Shown: piece after piece, positions 31,330 to 45,496 of the stretch
How the letters are laid out: every line of letters begins with the position of its first letter
Numbering within the stretch: the stretch's first letter is position 1
NCBI GenBank assembly: GCA_017499595.2
Contig: CM039003.1
Coordinates: 2,170,001-2,234,000 of the forward strand
Length of the DNA: 64,000 nt
Direction of reading: 5' to 3'
From: Psilocybe cubensis
Taxonomy: Eukaryota
Position numbers and translations under genes: made by a program
Notes under the pieces: model-generated
Told to the model about the DNA's origin: nothing
Seen by the model: the letters and a program-made list of their open reading frames with translations, nothing else
Databases searched by the model: none

Positions 31330-32915
31330 TATATGAGGTTGATTTTGACGCCGTTTATTAAGACCCTACACGTACCTAATGTAATTATCATCCCTCTTTT
31401 CTTTGTGGCTTTTATGCAGACAGTGTATTACATCTAGCTATCTATACCTAAAACAAAAACGAAGTCTGGTATTCAAATATGCCAGAGTATATTGACCTTC
31501 AACACTTCCGATGACGGATCGATTTTGTTTTTAGCCTGAACTCGTGTAAATCAAGCTTTGGCGAAACTATTCTTTCCAAAATAAGATACTACGGCCAACT
31601 GATCGTGACAGTGTTTGCACAATGGATACTGTAGAAGTTGTTGCTCCATCCGATCGCGAGTCATGGAAGAGAGCGTCCTAAATGACTATCTCACCGAGCT
31701 AGCCAAAGTAAATGGCTTATGGCATTATGATACTGATAAGAACAATCTAGCGAAATCTAGCGACAGTTTTCCCAACTCGAGGCAATACCAGATCTTATCT
31801 TATCAGACCAGTCGCTCTGATGGCTTCCACGTGGCTTTGACAATCCATCACCTGATCGTACTCTTGAGTCTTATTGTTTTCGATGGGCGGTGTTGTTTCT
31901 TTCAAGTTTCCTTATCCATGCTCGTTCATCATATTCTCAGTTTCTTCTATGGTCGTCCTCTCTTACTCATCGGACCGGCTCTGCTACATTCCCGTCTCTC
32001 TTTCCACTCTATCTCACCTAACAACAAATAAAATATCGGTAGCAAATTCTCTGGTCAATAGAAACGACACTTACCTTCATGTCTGTCGGTGGAACAGTTC
32101 CTCACAGTCCCCGGAAGATGTCTCTTTTTATCTATGAAGTCCGAGCAATTCTCAAAGCCTCATTTGTCACAGCAACGAGCAAAAATAAGTCCGGCACCGG
32201 AGTTGCCTGCATGTGGGTGTGTGGGGTGGCAATTGAGTTGCTCATTGGAAGGACGCCATCCTTTCAGCACAAAGAAATCTTCTCTCTTCGTTAGCGAGGC
32301 CCTATTCTGCTGAATTGCTGCTTAATTCAAGTTTATTCGACTATCTTCGAAAGCTTTCCGTCCCCTGATACGGGATTTTTTCTGAGTCTTTGCTGTCGAG
32401 CCCGGACGGCTATGACATGAATAACAATAAGCCCAGGAACCACCGCCCAATTTATTTCCTCAAACAATAAACCATCAAATGTTAGGTCAGAACAAGTTGG
32501 GTGAGTAGGCCTAATGCCGCAAGTCACACCTTACCTCGCGTTTGGTCCTCGTCTTATTGTCTTTCGATCCCAGATTGCTTCTTTTGCCTCTCGCTGAAAT
32601 GCAGGTTTTGATCCAAATTCAACTATTTTCTCCCGAAATGAGGGCACTTTCCTCGTGGGGTCAAACTTTATTGGCAGTCGACTCAATCATGCTTCTATTT
32701 CAAGTTTTGACCTCTTCTCCGTACATGGTCCATCGTTCGGAAAGGATCTCATTGTTGATACTTCCAACTCTTCATTGTCTTTGGGAAACATAAAGTCCAG
32801 CTCGCGTACACTCTTGTTTTTCTTTCCTGATTCCAGTCATTCCCATCTGACATCCATCGCACTTGTTACATTTCACGGCTCGTGGGGAGCCAGTAAACGG
32901 TGTGCCTGCTTAGCC

Positions 32916-34412
32916 ATGTCGAGAAAATCACAATCACAAAAAAAGAGACATAGTACGCTTGCTTGCGCCCCTGATCGTCTGGTGTATTGCTAAAATTCTC
33001 TCTTTATAGCCAAACCATGCAAATTTTTTCAGTATAACAAGTGTCCTCATACAGCTGATGTGTGCGATTTCGCCCACGTCATCGTAAATCCAGTCATTTC
33101 ATTCCCCATCGACACCAACTCAGCATATTGCCGCTACTATTATGCAGGACACTGTGCAAACGGAACGCTTTGTAGATTTCGACACGGACTTGAAGGTGAA
33201 ATACCTGCTACCGCTCTTCCTCGTCTTGTGTCTGATGGGTAAATAGCGCCGGCCGTTCCATTTGATCCTGCAGCAGGAACACCTGATTGGTCTAGCTCTT
33301 CTATAGATGCGGTACGTTATTCTGTAGTTCCTCCTGCATTACCTCCGTTGAATTACGCACAGACAATCCTAAAAAGCCCTCCAGTTACTGCAACTTATGC
33401 ATCTTTTGCTCATAGTTGGCCGTACTCTTCTATGAGTCCCACTATTTCTCCTCCCCCCGTTTCCCCACTTGGAAATTCTTCGTTTTCGTTCTCTGCTCGT
33501 TCTCGTGACTCCATCGACACGGTTTCAACTGCGATTTCAAGCTCGAGCCTGGGATCTGACGAAATTGTAACTGATGATCCACAATACCAGGAGCATCATC
33601 ATTCACATCAATCGCAGGTTCGTGTTGCGGATGATTCACCGGTTATTCACGTCCCCCCATTTCTCCCAATGCCGTACATCAATTCGGCCGGTGGCCTCAC
33701 CCCAACGCACGGATATGATTTTACGTACAATGCAATGCCAGATAATATAAAAGCGAATACTCCTTTTAAATCGAGAAGTTCCAAGTCGTCGCTGAAGAAC
33801 AAGTCACTCAAATACAAAAGTTAGCACTTTCCTATGTTCTATACACGGCGTATCTGATAATGAACTTGATTAGCAAAGCCATGCAAATTCTTCCCAACGG
33901 AGCGGGGATGTCCTAACGGAAATGCATGCACGTTGTGAGTTGAAGTTTTCCAACTGGACACAATCCTTTCGGAAACTGAAAATCTTATGTTACTCAAGTA
34001 TACATGATGAGCCGAGTCCCAGAGTCCCGACGCCTCCTGCAACCAAATCGGCCTCGGCGAAGGAAGATGGTGAAGTGCGGAAAAACTTTGTTCCCATTCC
34101 ATGGCGTGTAATTGGAGGTGGCGTGCGTGTAGGTATTCAGAGAAACGAAGACGAAGACGATCCTGAATCTGACTCTGATGATGCCTACTATCCTCCGGAA
34201 CCGCCACTGTCAAAGAAACCCGCCCCGATAAAGTCAGATACGACATATCGGCCAAGGTCGAATTCAATCCCATCGACTCCTAGCATTACACAAGTCAAAG
34301 TGGATCACGTAGGTTCTTTCTGGTCTTTGTATCTTTTCGACAGGGTTTTCTAACATTTCCATCTCTTCATCAATTACAGTTGTTCTCCGCAGAGTCTCCA
34401 GGAGGGTTGTAA
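32916..34412 (+). CDS. CCCH-type zinc-finger protein (three fingers), putative RNA-binding
   Basis: Spliced fingers TKPCKFFQYNKCPHTADVCDFAH, YCRYYYAGHCANGTLCRFRH and TKPCKFFPTERGCPNGNACT..IHDE; Ser/Pro-rich middle; inferred end LFSAESPGGL-stop. Confidence 0.85.
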
Positions 34413-35007
34413 CTACCCTGGTCTCGATCGCATACCGGCCTCGGCCAACCTTTACGACTGTTTTCATTAACTCCATGTTGCTCACGACCCCTTCGACTTT
34501 CTCTCTCGCAACATCAGAGTACTTTTTGACTGAAGGAATAACTAACTCTTGTATTACTACACGGACTGCCTAAACATCGAATGCAGTACATAGACTAATC
34601 ATATTCAAGCAATACATATTGTCCATTATCTTAGCAGTTGCGCAGTATGTATGTAGAGAAAGAAATCTAGACGGCATAGCCACAATCAAATTGCAGTGTC
34701 ATGGGATTGAATGAATATTATCAGATTAGATGCTGTACACCGGAACAGGTTCTAACCATCTCCGACTTGGTTGTCTCTTGCGGTATGATTGACGTTGCTT
34801 GAGAAGAGCAAGCCATTAAAAGCAATGATGTGTCGTTGTATTGCTGGCCAGGTAGTTGTTCTCGGCGCATTGCTTCAAATTTAAACCAATCTGAGTGACT
34901 CCATTTGCCGTAAGTTGCTGCAGCACGCCATCCGTTGCAGGGAGTCCTTTTATTTATCAGTGATCTTACTTTCTTTTTCTTCCATCCACCTCCCTTCCCC
35001 CATAACT

Positions 35008-36116
35008 ATGCCGAACATCGACTACTCGAAGCCACTTGCTACTCTTCTTAGAGAAAGCACCCATGAAGCTCATGACCAGGTTGCTATGAGCCAAGGTGCA
35101 AAGCTTCTGCTTAGTGGCGGATTGTCTAAGGAGGACTATACTCGGTATTTAATGATGCTCTGGCATGTATACGAGTAAGGCGACTTTCATTCGATTTATC
35201 TGGGACCGTTAACCATTTTTTTACTCGTTTTCAGCGTACTCGAACGGGCGCTGGAGCGCCATGCTACCAATCAATCTCTTGAGCCGACACACAATCCGGC
35301 TCTTCTAGCTCGGGCACCTTCATTGTCTGCCGACATCTCGCACCTCCTTCAAGTCGATGAGGGCTCATGGAAAGACCACCCCATTCATGTACAACTTCTC
35401 TCTGCATCCCTTTCCCCCCTGGACGCGTACTTGAGGCGCTTAGAGGAGCTGTCAAAGTCAAGTGACCCATCTGCCCTTTTGGCGCACTCGTACGTAAGGT
35501 ACCTCGGGGATCTGAGTGGTGGCCAGGTTATTCGCCACACTCTGGCAAAAGCGTACGGTCTTGATGAAAGTACCGGATTAGGCCTATCTTTCTACGCTTT
35601 CAAGGAATTGCGGTCATCGAAGCCTGCTAATCAGGGAGAAATGAAGCGGATCAAGGAGTGGTTCCGAGAAGGGATGAACACTGCTGGTGAACGTGGCGTT
35701 GAGATCAAAAGTGAGGATCGTTAATTATGGATTGCGCATTGAATGAGCTAATTTCATTTCCTTATAGCCGCTGTTGTAGAGGAGGCAAATACAGCCTTCA
35801 AGCTCAATGCAGGGCTCTTTGAACTTCTCGACCGAGACTGGAAAGTGGAGTCAATAGAGAAGGCCAAGACACATGTCGTCTTCGACGCCACACAGCCAAC
35901 AGAGAAGGCATATCCCCTCTCAACAGTTGTCGCTGTTATCGCTGCTGGTACGGAGCTTCTTTGTTTTTGTGAAAATATCTATAGTAACAATATTATCTAG
36001 TCTGCCTTTCCCACTTTGTACTTACCGTTGGAGGGTTCACGGGCGACAAGGGATATGAGAAACTTCTGTCCATCGAGCAATGGTTTGCTTCAATATGGCA
36101 GCAGACCTCTCAGTGA
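35008..36116 (+). CDS. HMX1: Heme oxygenase with C-terminal membrane anchor
   Basis: LATLLRESTHEAHDQV (proximal His), YTRYLMMLWHVY, LLAHSYVRYLGDLSGGQVIR, EEANTAFKLN. Confidence 0.93.
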
Positions 36117-36468
36117 ACCTAGATAGATTATAGACAGGTTTCACCTTTTGCATTTCTCCTCCTTAACGATAACCAACGGTTTATGTGCATATATGTATTG
36201 CCTATATCAGTAAATGTCCTTCCTATATACAATCAACGTTACGACTAGCTGACGGTTGACGAATGTACAATAAATCCAACTTCATGCATAATAAAAGTTG
36301 TCGCTCAGCGGGTGAAAATTTCTTCTAAAAAGTGCGTAACCAGGCAAAATAAAAAATGGATCAAAACCAGAAGGGTTTAGCATCCATCGCTATACGATAA
36401 ACGAGAGCAATCCAGTACTCCGTATCAAGAGTCCGTACATAGAGAAAGTTGTGGTTTAAGCTTTGCAG

Positions 36469-38559
36469 TTAAACTTGATGATGTCCTTGGTGGTATCCTT
36501 GCTGACTTTGGCGATAGCCTTCTTGTCCATTGGGGTATGCAGGATAAGAAGGGTACGACGGGGACGGCGTGTGGGCCTGCTGCTGTTTCGAATATCCATA
36601 AGGAGCAGACAGATCTGCAGTACTTCGCTGGGCTTCTAGCGGGACGTATGATTCCCTAGCAGTTTTCTTCGAGAAGAACGCCTTGAACCCTTTCTTGTCT
36701 CCTGTACTGCCTATGCCACCATCTGATTTCTTACCCCTTTTTCTGCAACAACATTTCCAGATGCACAGGCCGACTGTAAGAATCACAAACGCCAGACAAC
36801 CCACGAAGATATACGGCCAGCGACTCAGGATCATTTCCTGATATTTCTTCTTCTTTTCCTCTGCAGACACGGGAGAATGCACGGTCTCATTTGCAGGAAG
36901 GATCGACCACCGGGGGTCAGAGATGGTGTCGTTACCTCCTAAACGCACTGTGACAAAGTCTTTGCGGGCGGCGACGGGGTCGACAGTAGACATCAATTGC
37001 ATATACGGTTTGTCCTGATCACCTGACGTTCCAATCCATTTTCCGAAGTCCAGAAGAGCATATGTGCTTCGCACTGAATTGTAAATTGAGTTATGTCGTG
37101 CCAGAGGGTGAAACCATAAAACGTACAAAAGCTCATGCCCAAGATCATATCGTAATGTCCAAGTATGCTGAATGCAGACGTGATAGGTTGGAACTTCAAG
37201 GCTTTAGCAAAAAGGCAAACTAGTAAATGGAAATTGCACATACAGATCCGATGCAGACTTTCTTGCCAGTACTATCAACTTGAGCGAAATTATCATCAAC
37301 AACATCCAAAGGATGAATGGGGTAATTAACGCCCCCAAAGTTGAAGGAAATGTTAAGGTATTGACCGCAGGGAAGCAGCCAATATTCGTGTGTTGTATCA
37401 TAGAATGCACCACGAACGCGTCCGTAAATAGCATCTGATACGTCGCGAGGAACTTGAGAAAATGTAAACCTGTTATAACATGGTGCTTTGGTTTAATGAC
37501 AGAAAAATAGAAAGTCGAGACAATACTAACCCACTGTCGATGACAGCAACATATTGGCCATTGGGAGCTTTAGGCACTATAGATTTCATTCGGATGGGTT
37601 GTCCGTCAGGTCCAATGATACCCTGATCTTTATCTGTCAAAGCCTGCCAATGTTGATCTGTGGGCAAAGAATTATGCACTATCCAGGAATAGCGTAATTT
37701 CAGACTTACCAGCTTTCAATATCCTGTTCACGGTCTCAACGTCAAGTTTGGGCATTTTCGTGATATCTTGGAATTTTGGAACGAGTTCAGATATTGTGAA
37801 TTGACCAGTAAAATCTTCGCCTGGGTCGTTCTTCCTGTCAAGAAGGATGGTGATGTAGTTGTCTGTTGAACGATTGCTTTCGAATACATTTTGAAGGAAC
37901 GTATTTCCAGCAGTGGTTTTCTTCAAATTCTTGTAGATTACGCTGCCCTGATTTGGGCCTAATCCAAGGAGGCCATCGTACCCTTGGGTGTGAATATCGG
38001 CAGTAAAGGTGCTAGTATCATTGACCCATACTGTATTCACCATTGAGAATGAATTCAAATTCAGTCCCTATTCAAACGTACGCATAGCTTGCTCTGACAC
38101 AGTCAGGTCGCCCATTGAAACTTGTGTAGTCTGAATGTGACCTGTAATGATGGTCATGAATGAAGCACTTCGAAAGAGATGAACTACGCACCAGAAGCCT
38201 TTCCCACTGCGTATGCTAAAGTAACAGATTTTCCAGTGTCCTTCATTTGCGATGTTGGCGCTGAGTCGGCAAAGTGGACCCATAGGTCTGAACTGTTCAA
38301 TCTAAGTAACATACAACGACAGTCAGTAGACGTGATGAACCCACCTTCCCGTGTCCATGAGGATTGGCATAGTCTTGCCAGCGACAGTCATATTCGTAAC
38401 ATATTGCGCGTTTCCAATATTGCCTAACGCATAGGGAGATCGGCGTCTTGAAGAGGGATTGACTCCATTTCCTACGCGAACTTGAAAAGGGAAAATGTAG
38501 GCATGCACAGGATTGTCGAAGATGGTCAGTAGCAAAGAAAGTGGTATCAAAGAGCGCAT
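36469..38559 (-). CDS. Pepsin-like (A1) aspartic protease with C-terminal TM helix and cytosolic tail
   Basis: Signal peptide; ILMDTGS, YDGLLGLGP, AVIDSGF, MILGMSF; TM WPYIFVGCLAFVILTVGLCIW followed by KCCCRKRGKK. Confidence 0.9.
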
Positions 38560-39505
38560 TCGGACAGGAAACAGATATTAGGGAAAAAAGAGCGGAAAAG
38601 ACAGCAGATGCGACGACGACGATAACAAAACAAAACGAGAGGAGGGTTGGTAGAGTTTAGAATTGGGCTGAATGGACTAGTAACCCAGCTCATAGCTTAA
38701 CTTCGCACGGTCTGCGACCACCCGCTGTGTCTCCGCACGCGATATGTAATTTGTTAACGACTGAAAACAAACATAATTGCTTCATTCGATTCCAAAATGT
38801 CCTGCAATAACTAAAGAATGGCAAAGACATACGCTACGCACAATATCACTTACAACTCATTTCCAAGAAGACTGTGATTTGTTTCTTCCGCCAAAGTTCT
38901 GTTATACATCCCTAATCTCTCCGTTCTCAAACAATCTCCGTTAATAATCAGTCTCAGTCCCGGTGTTTCCTGTGCTTGTCCAGCCTTCTCCGTCTTCCCA
39001 GTTCTTAGAGAGACTCGCCGAGCACTCAAGCCACCTATGCACACACTCTGTGTTGCGTCAGTCCCATGTACCAAGTCCTCCTTCTTGACACTTCCTCTGG
39101 GCTTGGCAGTAGCTCCGATTAAAGCCCTTGTTTAATTTCATACTCCAGCTTTTGGTTTTTGACTTGATACTGCCTAGTCGTTTGTGGTAAGCTTTTCCTC
39201 TCTTTTGCTTTTCTTCACTCTTGGGTCTTGGTCCTCTGCTTGCATTCTCTGCACATCTCAACCTTTCTTTATCAGCTAAACCAAGTGTTCTCGGCACAGC
39301 CAAGCCAGCCTTAGGGATCCTTCTTGGGGTTGTCGTAATCAAACTTGAAAGAGATTTCCTCGGTTATAAGTATGGTACCTCTTGTCTTCTACGGCTTGTC
39401 CGACCCCACCAACGTAGCTGAAGCCTCGATGACTCTCTTCTCTTGATTTACGACTGGTTCAAACATCATTTTTTACAACAAGGTCTCTGGAAGTCGAAAG
39501 CTCGA

Positions 39506-41442
39506 ATGGCATGGTCGTTCGTTGTCCTCCTTTTCTTCGCAACAGCTTTAATCGACAGCGCGATTCAAGCCCTCCATATTCCAATACAAGGAACGCGAGC
39601 ATCCGTTTCTAACTTTCGGCGACAGGCTGGTTCTCTCCGACCGGGTACACTAGCGTTGGTGAATTCCGGTGACATTAGCTATTACGCAGAGATAGTTTTA
39701 GGGAACCAGAGTTTCCGGGTGTTGGTTGATACTGGAAGGTGCGTAACTAATATATTTCGCATTTTAACGTCACTGATCTGTCATCAGTTCCGATCTTTGG
39801 GTGTCAGGGAGTGTTTTGAAGAGCATTGACACCGGAAAAGATGCAGCCATCCAATACGCAGCCAACAAAGTTGAAGGTGGAATCGAATATTTTTGACTTT
39901 GTGCTTCATCGGGTCCGACTAAGCATTTCAACAGGATCTATCAAGCAAGCTACCTTAGAGTTTGCTGGACATGTCGTCCCCGATCAGGCTTTTCGTGAGT
40001 CTACAAAGCTTTTTCAACGATTGTGGGAACATGCCTGAGTAACGACGCCAACCCGTTCATATACTCAGTGGAAATACCTTCAAATTCCGTGAATAAGGAA
40101 GGCCAAGGAATCTTAGGTCTGGGACCCGGCTCAAGCTCTTTTATATCAGATCAAATTGGCCTACCAGGTGGAGCACCGGCCTTGGATCGTATATTCGCTC
40201 AAAACCGCTCTTCACCCAATTACTTTACCATTCTCCTCGGTAGACATCATGGCAAGCCGTATCTTATTTATTTGTTAAAGCAATTCTGATAGGACGTTCA
40301 GATCCAACTGATTCTTTCAATGGGAGTATCACCGTCAGCGAGGTTCTCGAAGATTATAAAGCGATCCTGAACGAACCCAAGCTAAATATTACAACAGTCC
40401 CTGCCAATATGATCGAAGACCAGCATTTACAAGTCCTACTTGACGCTGATGGCCTCATTGGCCCAGACGGACATCCGATTCGTTTTGAGTCCAATGTCAC
40501 GCAGACCGAGAATAGAAAGCAGGCAACCGTAGTTTTCGACTGTGGGTTTACACTGCCTCAGGTTACTCGGTCAGTGGCCTTTTCTTCTCCCCGTAGTGTT
40601 TACGAATTTCGTATTTTTCTAACTGCATAGGCTAACAGTTCGATAGCAGAAGCTATATACGGCAAATTTGTCGGCTCAAAATTCACTCAATTGCCTGGTC
40701 TAGGCGGTGTTTGGGTGTTGCCCTGTGAACAGGAGGTGAATATTACATTTTCTTTCGGGGGAAAATTATATCCAATACATCCTTTGGACATGTCATTGTG
40801 AGTACACCAGTCACATGAGCTATTGGCGAATTTATCGATTGAAAACCCTCAAGTGAACCTTCGGTAGTCAATTTAACAGACTTTCAAACAACGTCGGGAG
40901 AAAGGGGATGTATCGGGACAGTACGTTGGTCGTTCAGCACGTTTGGACTTAGCCTAATATCTATGTTTTGTTCAGTTCCAACCATTTACTTACGACCGAG
41001 GGAGTAATCCGACCTACGACATGGTTCTTGGAATGGCATTCAGTACGTTTTTTGCTTTTGTTTTCAGCTTGCTCATTTTCTGATTTCGTGTAGTGCGCAA
41101 TGTTTATTCTTTATTTGATTACGGAGATTTTATTCAGAATTCAACTTTACTCGAAACGGCGTATGTTCAGTTGCACTCATTAACTGATCCAGCAGAAGGT
41201 ACTCCAACCAGATTATTCACGAGGCATTTCCAACTAATTGATCTTCGGGTATAGCGCATGCGGACTTTGTGTCCGTCCGCTTGGGAGGTGTCGACACGAC
41301 TGGAGATCGAGTTCTTAAAGACGACAATGACGCTCGGAAGAAATCCATCTACTATGTCATTGCTATCGTGGCAGTAGTCGCTATTCTGACTATTGCTGTT
41401 GTGGTTTATTTTTGGCGTAGACGACGGCGAGGCATTCGATAG
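39506..41442 (+). CDS. Pepsin-like (A1) aspartic protease with C-terminal TM helix, divergent paralog
   Basis: Signal peptide MAWSFVVLLFFATAL; VLVDTGS, GILGLGP, VVFDCGF, YPIHPLD, DMVLGMAF; TM YYVIAIVAVVAILTIAVVVYFW followed by RRRRRGIR-stop. Confidence 0.88.
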
Positions 41443-42147
41443 GGCAAGGTTCAAAGGTCAAACCAAATATCCTATTTAAACCTGTAACAGGCAGGGCCAG
41501 GGCAATTTAGCGATGGTCGTACTTGCGGCCCCTAGGTCCTCGGGCTCTCGTGTCGTTAGACTTTTAAGGTCTTTGTTCTGCCGTATATATATCTCCATGG
41601 CATTTACGCCGTTTATGGGTGTAATAATTGACATACATATGCGTATACCATTGTAGTTCTAATCAATGTAATCATAGCCTGCTTTAATTCACGTCCTCGC
41701 GCGCGTTAAACATGGCCGACTATTCCGGACTGACTAATGCATGTACCCAAAGACCGACATGCCGATTTACTATTTGCCGGGTTTGCAGTACAACTACAAC
41801 CTTTGTTTTCCTTGTCTTCAAGACAAAAATGCTCACGTTCGTGGTGATTCCTTCGACATTCGGAATGTTCTGCATGTACGCTACATTACACAGAAACAGT
41901 GTGGAGTAGAGTGCTTCCAAGTTAAGTAATAACTGGTCTAGGGTGGTAACGAGCTAATACAACAGTAAGAATAAAATGATAAAGATAAAGAGAAGGCGTC
42001 GAACTGCGGTTCAACTTTTTTGGAAACGGACAAGTGTGCGGGTATTAGAGTGATGGTATGCAATATGACAAAGACTCGTAAGATAGTTCGTAAGATTGCT
42101 CGTAGGTTTCATAAATAAAAAAAAAAGTGACCGGAAACCATTGTGAA

Positions 42148-43695
42148 TCACCGAGAAGCGAGCTCAAAACTTGAGACGTCGCATGAATCGGTTACCAGCC
42201 TGATTGGAATCGTGATTTGGAGGGCAAGGAGAGGCGACTGCTGTGTAGGCGGTGTCAATGTCAATGAGATGAAATCCTGGAGGAAAATATTAATAACAAG
42301 CACAGCTGTATCGTGCACGATCAAAAAAACATACCTTGACATGGACACTCGTCGCATCGAATCCCCCAGTTACAATATCTTCCGAACATCTCAACTCGCC
42401 CTCCCAATCTACATGCCCCTCTCTGCAGGTCCCCATCGGACATGCGGTTAGATCAGGAGGTATAGCCCGAATTGAGCCCTCCCCTATGATACTGTTTTTG
42501 AATGACTTCAATCCTTTCATCGTGACGGATACTTGTCGTAGCAGAGACACTTTAAGCAGCGGTTTTTCCTCTCCGTATTTTTTGGATGCGACAGTGTTGT
42601 ATGAATCCGCGCTTAGAACTCGCTCGAGCTGAACGGAAAACATCTTCTGGAGCGAGCAGACGTTTCCCGTTAGCTGAACATGGAATGGAATGGTGTCCTT
42701 CAAACCATAGATTCGGGCTCCAGGAATAAATAACTGGAAGAAAGGTCTCAATATCTGCCGAAGGATTTACTGCATAACAATTATTACTTACGTGACAATA
42801 TGTTGGATCCAACTGAACATTTGGACGAGTTTTGAGGGGTGTCACTGCTTGGTACCATTCTTCCGGCGAGGTCTTAACTGCAGAAAAGAAGCAAGGACTA
42901 GGAATGATCGGTCGGTGAGCGCGTGTTCTAGGCACGTAGTTGAAAGGGATCATGATCCTAGAGGAAAATGTGCGGTTAAGTTACGAAGCTTGTTTTTGCG
43001 AAATGAAAAATACGCACTGTTTGGTCTTTGGCCAAATATCCATTTTCTTATACCGTGTCTGTGTGATGACCAGGTGGATGGTGTATGAACATCTCACAAA
43101 CAGGCTGGGGACGTTATAGTGGTTGACGCTGTATGATGGAGGTAGTGGAACTTGTTTGCCCTCAATGGTAAAGGTCGTGGGCAGGATGGCGGAAAACACG
43201 AGTTGTCCAGGACATGTCGGTCTCTCGGTCCGCGAGGTAGAAGGGGAAGACGATTGTGACCATAACTTGTACGCGCTCTCAACAAGCTTGATCGATTCAC
43301 CTCCGGCCTCTGAGATGGTGAGATCCATCTTGCCTTTTATCTGTAAAGAGAACGTCAGCACAATGACTAACAGTAGAAGCTTCCATGTTAACACGCACTT
43401 TTAGAGTAACATCGACAATATTCTCGGTGTGGTCGAAGAACACTGAGCCAGAGATAATACCCTGTCGACCGTATTTAGGAATGGTCGCGCCCTCTTCCTG
43501 ATCATTGAGGACAATAGTGGTTTTACCCGCCCGCTTTATGAAGACAGAATCAGCCGCAGGTCGCGTCGAACGCGTCCGGGGTGTTTGCTCGAGCAGCCGT
43601 TCACCACATGCTAGCTCGAAAGAGTAAGAGGGAGAGGGTATTGACGGGGAGTAGCTGGGTAGCTCTGAGGATGACGCGATGGGGTCGAACTCCAT
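42148..43695 (-). CDS. Arrestin-like (arrestin N-domain) protein of basidiomycete type
   Basis: MEFDPIASSSELPSYSPS; IPKYGRQGIISGSV; FSAILPTTF..PLPPSY..YTIHLVI; IPFNYVPR; IPFHVQL..LLRQVSV; GGFDATSVHVKDFISL. Confidence 0.65.
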
Positions 43696-44497
43696 GGCTA
43701 AGGAGGTGAATATGCAGGTGCAGAAAAGTGGAAACGAACTTCCGTTGGAGACATGGTATTCATAGTGAATGGAAAACACAGATGAGTCACTAGGGGTACC
43801 CTGATTTTACAAACCAGGGTTGGGGGCGATCCAGATTTGCTAGACGCAGGCCAAGTATGTTTACGAAAAGCTGTAACAAAGTCCGAGAGATCGTAAATGC
43901 CAATCCGTGACTGTAGGAGACAACCATGAAACGTGCCTGATGATGCCTTTTACGACTAAACATGGTGAGAAAATGACGACGGACCCTAGATTTCATTGGC
44001 CAGCCCGCTTAGCTCTCTGACTCGATATACCTGATGATCCGTACAGGGAGCAAGTTAGGGAGCACTGCTAATCCTCATTTCAAGAATTTGCTATTCATGT
44101 TCTCCGCTATTCGTCAAGTTTCTCCGATCGACGCAAAACACACTCGACCAGCACGCACAAGAAGACCGGATCATTCAACTTTCCTACGCTAAGTTAGGCG
44201 TCGTAAATAGCAGGCAATGGCAGTAAGGTATCAAAAATGTCCAAGAGTCTTAATACTACAAAAGAATACAGCTGCGTACCAATATGTAACTGATAACAGT
44301 ACGACAAGTGATTTCAAAAATCGCAAAGCAGGTACACTGTCTTGGGAGAATGAATGTTACGGAAAGATAGTGTCACATGCAGTTTGAATCTGCACTTTTT
44401 GGAATTCAAGGTACTGAATTCCATTATCCAGCTGGGTCGGCGGTGGACATTCGAGGAACACCAAGCAGTCCCCAGCCCTGCAGGACCTGCTTAGCAC

Positions 44498-45496
44498 TCA
44501 CTGTTGTCTCGGCGTTGACGTCTGTGGTGTTGATTCCAACCGACTTAAAGTGGCTTCCAGTCTCTGGGCTCTGTCTGCGTTCTCTCTCCCTTCCCTTGCT
44601 TCGCCCCTGCTGACATAACTAAGGCGACTTGGTGTTCTATCTGGACTCTCGGGTGGTGCCTGGCTGTAGGACGAATTAGGTCGTTGTGCCCTAAGACTGT
44701 TCCGTAGATAACCGGCCAATAGAAGAGTACTGCCTCGTGTATTTCCATAAGCAGGTGGAGGTGATACCGCAATAATATGGTCCTCGACGTCTCCGGTCCC
44801 AACTCCGCTCTGTGCTAGTGCAGCCGCATAGGTAGGAAGTGGTGGGCGGTTCCAAGGAGCGAACGCGAGGGCAGTGTCAGGACTCCTGGGGATGTTTCGA
44901 TGACGGGGTAGAATTTCTCCAGGATGAAGATAGCTGTACCGTTCACCTCGCAACCGAAAGAGTCGTCGTTCTAGGTATATGAGTTGCCCGAGAAGCGCAA
45001 GGACGAAAACGACGTGAACAAAGACACTTGTTGACTGTCCTGATGGTGAATTCGAGTCGCCGCTGGAGGATGTACGCATCATGAGCCGTGCTGCAAATAC
45101 CCATCCTACAATTGTCCCAGCGAATATAAATAACTGGATAGTGAAAATAAGCAGGGTGATGAATTGTAGTCCACCAAAAGTCAATGATTTTAGGCCTTTC
45201 GGCGACTTGGTAATAGAACTTGGAGAAGAAGGGGATTCGGAAGAGGAAGGAGAAGGATTTGCCGCTGAGCCAGTGTCCAAGGGAGGTGCCGATGGTGGTG
45301 AATTGTCTCTATCAGCTGGATGTCGCTCAGGAAGACGAGCAAGCCCCGCATCGTCTGCCCGTTCTAAAGGAACATGGACACCCTCAATGTAACCTATTTC
45401 ACCGCGTTTTGACGGCAGTGGTTCTGCCTGTGGGCGCCTTTCAGCCGCGATGGCTGCAGGTTGGGGTTGCTGTATTGATTCTGAAGTTGAAGACAT
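44498..45496 (-). CDS. Uncharacterised two-TM membrane protein with PY motifs (single exon, 332 aa)
   Basis: Intact 332-aa ORF; two hydrophobic segments; APWNRPPLPTYAAAL and PPPAYGNTRGS. Confidence 0.8.
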   Translation of the reverse strand: MSSTSESIQQPQPAAIAAERRPQAEPLPSKRGEIGYIEGVHVPLERADDAGLARLPERHPADRDNSPPSAPPLDTGSAANPSPSSSESPSSPSSITKSPKGLKSLTFGGLQFITLLIFTIQLFIFAGTIVGWVFAARLMMRTSSSGDSNSPSGQSTSVFVHVVFVLALLGQLIYLERRLFRLRGERYSYLHPGEILPRHRNIPRSPDTALAFAPWNRPPLPTYAAALAQSGVGTGDVEDHIIAVSPPPAYGNTRGSTLLLAGYLRNSLRAQRPNSSYSQAPPESPDRTPSRLSYVSRGEAREGRENADRAQRLEATLSRLESTPQTSTPRQQ

